A stretch of 64,000 nucleotides of DNA, taken from NCBI GenBank assembly GCA_002633005.1, contig NMRA01000081.1:819501-883500 (forward strand), given 5' to 3'. This DNA is from Phoronis australis. Taxonomy: Eukaryota; Animalia; Phoronida. A program made the position numbers and the translations under genes. Below the pieces are notes generated by a model. The model was given only the letters and a program-made list of their open reading frames with translations, did not search any database and had not been told where the DNA came from. The stretch's first letter is position 1. Each line of letters begins with the position of its first letter. Positions 26,501 to 38,500 of this stretch are shown piece after piece.

Positions 26501-29500
26501 TGTAGCAACGAGCTAGATTCAAAATTATTTAGGTGCCATTTTTGAAAGGGTGGATTCTAGATTTTGGAAATAAACTGAAACAAGGTTGTTTCAGAGCACA
26601 CTTCAGGAATGTACTTGATGTCTGTTTGCATTGAGGCTCATGTCCAAGTTTATGGATATGATGTCAAGCGATGTGGAGGTATATGGAGTCTTTGTTGTGG
26701 TGGTCTGTGACGCCACTTCTGGCAATGGCATTGAATAAATAATAGAAATGAAAAGTACTGTCCAAGCTTCTAGATGATGTTTGTTTTTAACCTGGGTCCA
26801 TTTGCATAAAAGTTATACACTGGGTAGCAGTTATGATGTATTATCATAACTTATATTGCATTGCCATTGTTCAACAATGCATTTGGCACCATGCATAAAC
26901 CCCAAGTTATGTAGAGGGTAAATTTTAAAATTTTATGCAACTTAGTCCTGTACTATTTAGACTTTAGTTTACAATGTGAAATTTGTTTTAACCAACAAAT
27001 ATAACCATAATGCAATTATTGATAATTTGCATGTGCATAGTTGTTATAACTTGTCCTGTACCAACAGTTTGAAATTATAATCTGCCGGTGTCCCTGCAGG
27101 GGCCTTTATTGAAGTGAAGAAGGAGGAGTGGGCTCTGGGAATAGAGAGCTGTCTCAAGTCCCTCATCCACTCTTACTGTTGCCATGACTACCATGATGAG
27201 CGCGCCCTACAGGAGATTCTGAGGAGACAGTACCCGGCCACCTTTAAACCGTCCATTATCGTTAACAATTTCAGGGTGAGAACTTTGAAATTCCTGTTTT
27301 GCCTGTCTTTGAGATGCTTTACTGATTAACAGTCCTAATGAGATTCCAACCACTTGCAATAAACTGATACTTGATGTTTTGTTAGTGAACCTAAACACAT
27401 GCCCGTGTATCACATTACTGTCAAGGTGTTGTCTGTTGTTCTTTGTGCACTAAAGGTGTTCAGTAATTCATTTTATGATAGTGCAAAACTTCATTTTAAG
27501 AGAGGCAAATTTGATACCAGCTTGTTCATTAGGAAAATACTCTCTGCCACATTTTTGGAACACCTGTACTTAAAGCATGTTGAAGGTAATATGTTCAGGT
27601 AATATGACTATTACCTTAGGACATCCCTTTTCACACGATACCACGAGTCAAATGTTTCGATTTAGTTTTGTGAAGGCCTCAAAAATAGAGTCATGAAATA
27701 AGGCGTGTTAACACCTCTTGTTTATACTTTAGTCAGATTAGAGCTCATAAATCTTGGCTTAAAACACTGTTTCATTCTTATTTTATCTTACTTTGAAGTT
27801 GATTATTATTGACTGCTTGTGCTGAGTGTGAATTATTATCTCAACTTATAACTATGATAATTACAGAATGTAGAAACGGGTAAAACACTCCTCTAGTACA
27901 CTGATGAACAGTCACACCCATGGAGAGTCACACCCATGAAGAGTCACACCCATGAAGAGTCGCACCCATTAAAGCTTGAAAGCTTCCAGATTTTGAAGTG
28001 CTTTTACCTGTTTCTACATTACGTAATTTTATCTGGTCTCAATATGTATCATTTATACAGAAATCATAGAAAGAATGATTGTATGGCTTGATGTGGTTTA
28101 AACTTTGTGAAACTGATCTTCAGATTTTAACTTGGTTTATTTTTTGTGATTTGTTTTTCAGACTGAAGTGTATGATGTTTCCAGATATGTAAGTTGGGTT
28201 TTGTATTTTGTTTTACATTCATTTGTTCACTAGCAGTAATTACATTTTGTGACAGATTTGTTTCTTTATGATAACAATTTAACTGATTTTAGTGGAAACT
28301 TTCATGACTATTTCTGTCTTGTCGGAACAATTCTGATTGCTAAAGACTCGTATTATAACCATTTTATCGCGTGTTTGTATTAAGTCAGTGCGAAATTTAT
28401 TACACGCTTTTACTTGTAAAAGAAACTTTGTTATTTTCCTGAGCTTGTCTGTAACATTAATCTTTTGTGAAATTCTCAATGAAATGTTCTACTTTCAGAA
28501 AGCCCAGTCGAGATATCCCACAGTCTTTGACATGCTGAGTGTCCAAGAACCAGTTGTGATGAACACTCTGGTCAATGAGGTATGTATCCTTAACAAGGTG
28601 TACCTTGATGGATTTCTAAATCTTTGTTTCCTATGAAAATTTTATTGTGTTCCAAATGCTAGAATAAGAAACATGACTAAATATGCTGCTACTGTGTTTT
28701 GGTTCTGCTANGGTCTCGATATGTATCATTTATACAGAAATCGTAGAAAGGAATGATTGTATGGCTTGATGTGGTTTAAACTTTGTGAAACTGATCTTCA
28801 GATTTTAACTTGGTTTATTTTTTGTGATTTGTTTTTCAGACTGAAGTGTATGATGTTTCCCGATATGTAAGTTGGGTTTTGTATTTTGTTTTACATTCAT
28901 TTGTTCACTAGCAGTAATTTGTATACATTTTGTGACACATTTGTTCCTTTAAGATAACAATTTAACTGATTTTAGTCGAAACTTTCATGACTATTTCTGT
29001 CTTGTCGGAACAATTCTGATTGCTAAAGACTCATATTATAACCATTTTAATGCATGTTTGTATTAAGTCAGTGCGAAATTTATTACATGCTTTTACTTGT
29101 AAAAGAAACTTTGTTATTTTCCTGAGCTTGTCTGTAACATTAACCTTTTGTGAAATTCTCAATGAAATGTTCTACTTTCAGAAAGCCCAGTCGAGATATC
29201 CCACAGTCTTTGACATGCTGAGTGTCCAAGAACCAGTTGTGATGAACACTCTGGTCAATGAGGTATGTATCCTTAACAAGGTGTACCTTGATGGATTTCT
29301 AAATCTTTGTTTCCTATGAAAATTTTATTGTGTTCCAAATGCTAGAATAAGAAACATGACTAAATATGCTGCTACTGTGTTTTGGTTCTGCTAATGACTA
29401 CCCTGTATTTATTCACCTTTAACCTATACCCTGGAGGATAATTTCCTAAACTGGCATTTCATTTAATATTTTCATAAATATCGGCCTGTTTCTGTGATTT

Positions 29501-32500
29501 CTGAAATAAAACTACATGACCATGAAGGAACACTAATATGTGGTGTCTTTGTCATGAAAATGCTTTGACTTGTGAAGGAATTCATTCTGAGATCAATGAC
29601 TACATCTGTTTAACCTTTTGTCAAGTTTCAATTGACCTACTTGCAACATGACAGTTAAGTCACATGATCCTCAGTTAATAACCTTGTCATAGTTTGACAT
29701 GTTTTGACAAGTAACCACCTAGTCACTATCCTTAGAACATCCTTCCGAACAGCTCTGCTGGTCATTATCATGAACTTATTTTAACAAATACAAGAAAATG
29801 AAACACGGAGGATTCTCACTGCCATGCACGCGAACATTTAGGCCCATGTGCCTGTTTTTGAAGCTGCAGCTATATATACACATAGGCACATATATGTGAG
29901 ATACTCGAGCATAACAAAAAGGGAGTTAATGAGTGGAGATAGACTTGTTTGTTACAAAGTTGTAAATGCTGATACGTATTCGATTTAACTATGAATCTTA
30001 AAGGTAAAATTCTCAAAACGAACAAATGTCAGAAAAATATGACATTCACAGCCTTTTTGGTGTTGATTGAAAATTGCTTCTAGTTTGATTTTGTTCTGGG
30101 ATGTTGTTTATTTCTAGTCTAGGGTCCGTTTCTGTGGTCTACTGTAAATTTTGGGTTAAGGTGGCGTTTACTGTTTCTAATGGACTGCTATTTAGTTTCA
30201 AGTTATATAATAGTTATTGTGAATGTGTTGAGAGATATTTCGTCAACTTTTAAATTACTTTTTCAGAGAAGCATTGAAAGTATTGTTCTTATTGAGGAAA
30301 ACGCTAACGCAAGAAATGTTATGAAAAATAACACACCACGCAACTGTACTCAGGTCAGTATTTAATGGTAAATTACTTCTGAAGCAATCAACTTTTCTCT
30401 CATATTACCATGTTTGTGGAATACTGGGCCACATTAAGGCTAATCACATGTAAGGCAATAGCAGGAATACATCTTGGTCTGTGCCAAGAATGCAGGTGCA
30501 CTTTGGTTTTTGTAAGAAGACATCGGGGTCTATGCTAGGAGCGGATGTGGGCTGTGGTTCTTGTGTCATTTTCTTGCAACTGTGACTCAGCATCTGAAGT
30601 AACTGGTAGCCATTTTGTTATTGTTTGGCTTGTAAGGTCCTCTGCTTATTCAAGAAACATTTACCTAAACGTTGTTCAACACCGATGACACTTTCTGGGG
30701 CTTGAAAATTTTAAATAATAGGAAGTAATCCTGGATTTGAAAAGAAAAAAGACTACTAATAGATGACATCATCAATGATAGGTTAAAACTTGACTTTGTT
30801 GTGAGGTGGAGCACCCAAGCATCCCTTTGGGTTATCAAATGGGAACAAATAGGGACGTTGACTGACTGGAATTTGTGACGATCATTGCATACTGTATCCG
30901 TGGCTTTGCTGCTTTCTTTATAGGCATTCACCTTAACTGGGGACCAGATTATCAAGGAGCCGACATTCCGTTCTTACGCGTGCTACATGGATAAGGCAAA
31001 ATACTTGGGCAAGAATCTGGATGGTCAGATGAGGTGATTCAAACAGTCTGTGTCAGGCTGTCAAGTTTGATGTCATTTATTTTCCCTACTTTACTGGTCT
31101 ACTCTCAATAGTTCTTACGGTTTTCTTTTTTTTTAATTTATTGTTATTTTCCTTCATTTGAGAAATTACCTACTTTTTTCATTTTAGATATTAGTGCTTA
31201 GTGCTTAAAAACTTTAATACAGCCAAAGTAAAACGTTTGTTTCCACATCATGACAAGCAATTCCGCCCTTAGATTCATTTCCGCTTTGTAGCTGAAAATG
31301 GTGGATCGTGATGTGTCATAACAGCTTTGGGGTGATGGTTGAATGCTTAGTCAAACAATTCTGTTTTATAAGTTGTAGAAATGTCAAAATCCCAAGCTTA
31401 CTTTCTGCTGACAAGATTGTACAATGAACATTCAGAGTGCTTTCTTGGTTTAATTCATAAAAGTGTTATATGTACTTTTAGGGCATGGATACTGTTTGGG
31501 GTGAATTTAGCATATTTTTCTTCAATGCTAATTGCTAAGTTTTTATTTTTCATCGAGTTATTACATCATTACAAGTTTTCAACTGTTTCCATATATAGTT
31601 AAGTTGAACTTTCGTCACATGCGTTTTGTCATCCTTTTGACAAAAAAGAAATCGCATTCTTCACTCATATATTGTTGAAAGTTGAATAAACTTGACTTCA
31701 CTTATATTTGTTACACACGCGCTGAAATCATCTGATAATTGGCGTACTAACTTCTTGAACATCATTCTGAAAGGTCTTCATTTGATGATAGATTTTCGAG
31801 CAAAATTTTAATGGCACACCAACAGATTAACTTCTGCCATAGTCTTAACAGTTTGCACTGTTTATTCACTGATATTAATGTATACCAGGACGAAGGTAAA
31901 ATTGGAAACCGTTCTGCTCACAACACTTGAATCGAGTGTAAACGTCGCAAGCTTATATGTTAAAATAACACGAGATATTGTCTGAAATTTTGTCGTTAAA
32001 CTCTTCTGGTGTTGAAGCATAGACCCATTTCTTGTGGACGTGTATCATTTCTGAGTAAATAAGACTAAAAGCGTATCTTGTGTTGCCAGAGAACTTAAAG
32101 CAGAGAAAGCACGTGTGACGTCCCAAGTGTCACAACTGCAAAAAACGGCAAAAGAGGCGGAAGATACGGCAAGAAATAACCAGTTGCAAGGGAAGAAGTG
32201 TGTGGCACAAGTGATGAAGATTTCTGAACAAGAAAGTACACTGCAGGGGGTCAGTGGTCATTTGTTCACTAAAGTTGACAATAAGAAACATTTTTGAGGG
32301 TGATGCCCATGTATGGCTACTTCAAGTGCTGGTGAAACAAGTTCAAACTTCACTGAGTCTACTGTCTGTAAACACCAGTACAAAACCAATGGATGATTGC
32401 CTGAGTTGGCAACACCAAAAACTTGTTACTTGTTTGCGTACTGTGGTTCTCATTTTAGTTAAATCACACGATGTGGTGCTTTTCAACATACCCGACTGTG

Positions 32501-35500
32501 AGTTCAATTTGCCTGTATGATGTTATGTAATTACAGAAAATTATGGAACTGAAGACTATAGAAGACCCTGCCCCAGTAGATGTCTCCACTTTGGTAAGTG
32601 ACTCACTAGAAACATTTAGCTTGTATTGATCATTCTTGGGTCTTGTGGAACATTCTGTTTGTGGTGCAGAAGTGCTTTTTTCAGGAGTTGTAATGATTTC
32701 TTTAGGAGTAGAAATGCCCTTTTCTCGAGTATAATGCCTTTTTTGCAAGGCGAAATTTTTTGCTTTTTTTCACGAGTATAAATGCCTTTTCACTAGTAGA
32801 ATTGACTTTCGGGAGTAGAAGTGCCTGTGATATTCTCTACTTGGTCATTTATCCACGTTAACATCTTTATCGTTAGGAAGATGAACTGGAAGAGCTAAGA
32901 CGTCAGATCCAAGCTGGTGAGGATAAGGTGAAACAACTGATGGAGATGCTGGGCCAACAGAGGGAGCAGTTCTCAGAGTCGGAACACATGTATGCAGAGG
33001 TTGACGAGAAGATAAAGGGCGTGGCTAGCAGTGTTGATCCTTTGAAGGTAATTACTTTCTGGCAGAGTATGATGGGCTGTCGCAGTTGGGGGTACTCAAG
33101 TCTGTAAGCGTAAAGTTAAACACTAACTTTTGTATGCTAAGACTATACAGCCACTGCATGATAGACTGGGTTCAAATGAACTGTCCTGTGAAGATGATAT
33201 GTTACGAAAATGGATTTTTGTTGCTTCGCAATTTTTCACTATCACATCCACACATTGCATATCTCTTCATTCTTGTGGAGTCCGAACTGATGCGTGTGTA
33301 TGCGAGGTTACATGTTATAAAACAGTTTTTATTGTCTGTGCGTTTTCGTGGCAGATAACGACTGATAAAGTAGCTTACAAAATGAGCTAATATATAGGAT
33401 TGCTTTATTTGACTGTGTGACTGCAATTCTCATTGTTTAACCTTGTGTACATGTCTTAACATGATCCAGGAGTTTTTCTATTCTAGGAGGAACTTAATGC
33501 AGTCGAAGACAAGTTGGAAAATGTTAAGGCAACCAAGAAACATTATTCAGACAAGGTCAAAGAACAAGAAAAAAAAGTCAGCGCAGCCACTTCGTCTTAT
33601 GAGAAATGCAGAGCTGATGTAGAGGTAAGTATTGACCGGACACTTGTAATGGCAACTTTACCCAGAAGAGTTAGCTACTGCAATCTTGTCTTTCACCGAC
33701 TACTGGACCTAGTGTTCAAGGCTGTAATGATATTCACTATGAAAGTCATGGGACAGCTCCTGATGAAACAAAATAGTTTGACAATGAGAATCAAGAATGC
33801 TGTCGAGCGTGGATACTCGTGCACGTTATGCTTAGAAACAAGAAGACACCACATTTTTTCCCAGAGTATATATTGTATGAATGGAATTGAATTTTGAGGT
33901 TGTAGGTTACCTTGGTTATATTAATAAAAACAACCACGGTTTTAAATCGACTTGACATGTTACCAAGGACTGAATTTCTTGAATATTATTTTAAACATTC
34001 ATACACCCATCAAACTAAATTTTTGAAATACTTGATGGTCCCAGTATCTTATTATTTGAACACATACGTGTGTTGGTCAACACATATGCGTGTTGGTCAA
34101 CACATATGCATGTTGGTCAACATATACGTGTGTTGGTCAACACATACCTGTGTTGGTCAACACCAATGTGGTGTGCTTGTAAAACTCTAAGTTGTTCTGC
34201 ATTTAGGACTCCACCAATAAAGTGATAGAAAAATTTGGTGATATGACGACTGATAAGCCTCGTCTGAAGCCTCTGCAGTACTACGAGAGTAAAATTCACC
34301 AGATTGGCAAACAGATAACGGCCAAGGAGCAAGAGTACGTTTACTTGTATTTTTAATCTACTGGTAATTTACTTGTCTTATAGACCAGAAATTTGTATCC
34401 AGTTGTATTAGTATAAAGTCTTGAAAATAGATGGAATCAGTTGTTAATAAAGTTGTGATGCTCAAGTTGTTATCGACATTATGTTGACAGTTGTCAATCA
34501 CTCAGTTCGTTGTCGTCACTGGTGAAACAAGTGACTTTCATTTCCATTTGCTTTGAATTTGGCGCATTTTAGTCACTTAATCCTTTGTATGTTGGATGAT
34601 ACAAAACTGCCTCTCTCCCTGTTGTCTTCTGATTGCAGGATGTTCTTGACGTCACGGACTTTCACCTTCCCAACAGGGTTGTTGTATTTTGCGTAAATGA
34701 TAACAGCATATGAAAAATGTCTCCTTTTAGGACGGGAAGTTCTGAAGAGATCACTAGGACGTACAATGAAAAAAGGGACGCATTCATTGAAGTGAAAAAA
34801 GAAATAAGCAAGTTCCAGAACTTCATTAAGGTAAGCATGTTGCAGTGTGTTACAAGGTGGCGTCACTGTGGATCACCTTTGAACTCTTGCCCTCTCTCAG
34901 GTATTTGTATCCCTTTACATGAGGTTGCTTCTTCAGTTTAGTGGTATGCTCCAATGTGTCTGATTGGTTGGCGTTCAACTTTTGTCAAATACCTGCAAAC
35001 ATTTCTAGATTTGGGACTGTTCCTTTACTTAAGGACTCAAAAATGTAACATAAGAAGCAGGGCTTGGAATTTTCCGCGGAAACGCGGATTTCTGCTTTTT
35101 TCAAATGTTCCGTCCGCGCATTTTATTATATTTCAGCGTAAAAAAAATCGGATTTGATATAAAATTTCCGCGGCAAATTCCTTTCTTACCGCGGCGTTGC
35201 CGACGACGTTCACCTCGAAAAGCGGAAGTTGCTCTTTATGTTTCGGAGGAACGTAAATTGTCAACATTGCCGGGGCATCTGGGATAGCGTGGTGGGATTT
35301 TCAATGGCGTCTCGTGTGATTGTAAACCGCGTTGACAAATACTACGGCTCTGCAGCCAAAAATGTGTGGGGGCTGGAGTGGAGGAGTGGATGGACGAGAT
35401 AAAAAGACGCACAGACGCATGCTACTGATGGTGGTAACGTTTTTTTTTTTTTAGTCCTACCGATTTTTGTCGGTGAAAGGTTCACATCGACTATGACTAT

Positions 35501-38500
35501 TTCAAGGCTGGGCCGTAAAAGTTTCCACGTTTTTTGTCATTGGTCATTCCAAGCCCTGAAGAAGATGACATTTTTCCTCTCGGTTAATTAAGAAAGCTTG
35601 AATCCATGGCCGTGTGCATTTCCAAACACACACGGGCATGTTGTTGAATTTCCCAGAATAATGTGAGAACTATTTTAATATCTGAAGTACACGAATTTTT
35701 ATCATTGAATTGTTCATGGATTTAGGCAGAATGTTTCTAGAAATAACAGGTTATTTGATCAAAATGGAGCATTATATTGAACATGTTATGCCAAGATGCG
35801 TGTTGGCAGTAAAGAGTCTTCAATTTGGAATAAGAATAGTATTGCATTTCCTCAATACAAGTTTTTAGAAAACTTCTCATTAGCTTTGTAAAAGTCTACA
35901 TTTTTTGATGTAGACTTATTTAAACCTTTATACCAATCTGTCATTTATTGGTGTCGTGTGGCCATGTCTTTCAATAAGATTATGCAAAAACGAAAGGCAC
36001 ATTCATATCAAAACATCGCATCAGTAACGTGGCCAACATTTCATTTGATAAAATATTGAAGATGAAATCTCAAAAATGGTTTATTTTTCATAAAAGCAAT
36101 AAACGCCTTATCAATTGATATCCGCTTATGCAAAAGCAGGACGTTTTAAAAGCTATAATTCCTATCAGCATCTTGGAGAACAGTGCTTAAGACATAATGC
36201 GTGAAAGTTTCAAATGAATCCGTTCCGTCGTTCATTGTTCACATTTTTTTTACATTGCAAATATGTTCAAATAATCACTCGTGTTTGAAAACAGATGTCA
36301 ACAGTGAAGTTGGTAATGGTCGGATATAATGCACCTAAAGTTTGAGGACCAGTTTTCTCCTCTGAATAATGGGCATCAAACTGGTTGTCAATATATGTGA
36401 TCATGTTATATCCGATTATTGCCATGAAGTCAGCTGATCTGAATAGTTACACCCATTTTGTTTTTTTACTCATTTAGGTGACACCTTTCTACCAGTACCT
36501 CATTCTATCATAAATTTAATGACTTTAATTTACTTGTTGTTTATTTGACCACGATTTATGCTGCTTAGAAGTTTGCAAAGGACTACACAGTGATTGTATA
36601 CATTTATTTGTATGTATGTATATATTGTTCATTTCTGTCCTTAGAAACTTAGTGACATCATGAAAGATCGCCAAAAGCAGTACTTTGATCTGCGACAGAT
36701 TCTTGCTGTGCGGGCACGCTGGTTTTTCATAACCATGTTGAACAACCGGGGCTACACAGGGAAGATGTCTTTTGACCATCGCAAAGAAATCTTAGAACTC
36801 CAAGTAATGACGGGCATTGTGTTCAGTTTGTATGTGTGTTGGCTGGCTTTTGTTAACCACTAGAAGTGACCTGCAGCCACTGTGCACTTTATGCCAGAAC
36901 AATTCTTCATTATGAACTGTTGCCACTTATTTTGGATGCACGTGATTTAGAGGATGCAAACTTAAAAGGAAACAAAATGGAATTTGTGAGTTTGAGCACA
37001 GTGTCGAGCTTAGAGTTAAATAGTTGAAGACTAAAATTTGGAGCTGCTATGAACTCTGCTTCGTCTGTAAAAAACTGTCTTCACCAGTCTTCACCTGAAA
37101 ACATCCCTTATTAGTTCTTTGCTCAGATAAGAAGTGATTTCCATTCTTGTAAGAATTGGCAGACCAGACTCAATCACTCCTTTGATGTGGCAAGTCATTT
37201 TATGCCCTGCCTCAAGACACAATGAACTGTCAGTTCCTTCCAAGTCTACTAACTGCTACTTATCTGGCTAAGTTGAGATCAGTGTTACTAAGTGAAAAGC
37301 TAGTCTTCCGGTTGAGGGATCTTCATTTGGACGTGAATTCATAGCAGATTTAAGAAGAAATTTACTGCGCTCCTGCATAACGCACATGGGGCTGTGCAGT
37401 GTCACCTGTGGTTAACAAAAGCTTTATACGGGCTAACTCAGGTCTGTTTCTCCAATGTCTGTCGGTTGCCTAAGCACTCTTTTTCTGCAGAAATTGAATT
37501 GTGTCGAAGTGGAGTTGGAGGAAAAAATTCGCCAATTGCGTCGCTCCTTATGCAACCGTGTCAACCTGCACTTTGTGCCGAGGCTGCAAGAACTCAATTA
37601 CTCTGGCTATCTCACCTTTGATCATGCAAGACAGGAACTTGACATACAAGTAATTAGCAGGGACTGCATGTTGCCCGCTCATGTTTTCAGGTGTTCTCAA
37701 TTTGAGGCTCCTTTTGTTCCGCTGTTTGGTTCACAGAATCGTGAATCTTTTTGCGAAAGACCGTAAAAATGCTAGGCTCTTTTTGATTTGTACATTTCTT
37801 ATCTTTATTTATGTCCTAATTTACTTCTTGTCTAATCTTTGAAAGCTAATTGTGAATGTATTTTTAACTTGTCTATCTTCACGATGTGCTAACCTCTGTC
37901 CCTGCATTTCTTAGTTTAATGTTTTGAACTCTTCACTCAAACTGTGGCTTTTCTGTGGGGATGCTCTACCTAAATTTGGTATAAATACCCCACCATGATA
38001 GTTAAGCAATAAAAAGCCCTGGTGTAAAGCCTTGTGGCCGATAATGTACCCTCTGGGCCAAAAATGTACCCTTTATAGCGACACATGCCCTTTTATCCAA
38101 GCAGCAAAAGTACCCCCAATCTTTTCTTATGACTTCGGTATGTTACTTCTGTACATTAATCATATACCCCTGTTATGTAGGTTCTCTGTACATTAATCAT
38201 ATACCCCTGTTATGTAGGTTCTCTGTACATTAATCATATACCCCTGTTATGTAGGTTCTCTGTACATTAATCAGATACCCCTGTTATGTAGGTTCTCTGT
38301 ACATTAATCATATACCCCTGTTATGTAGGTTCTCTGTGCATTAATCATATACCCCTTTTATGTAGGTTCTCTGTACATTAATCATATACCCCTGTTATGT
38401 AGGTTCTCTGTGCATTAATCATATACCCCTGTTATGTAGGTTCTCTGTGCATTAATCATATACCCCTTTTATGTAGGTTCTCTGTACATTAATCATATGC

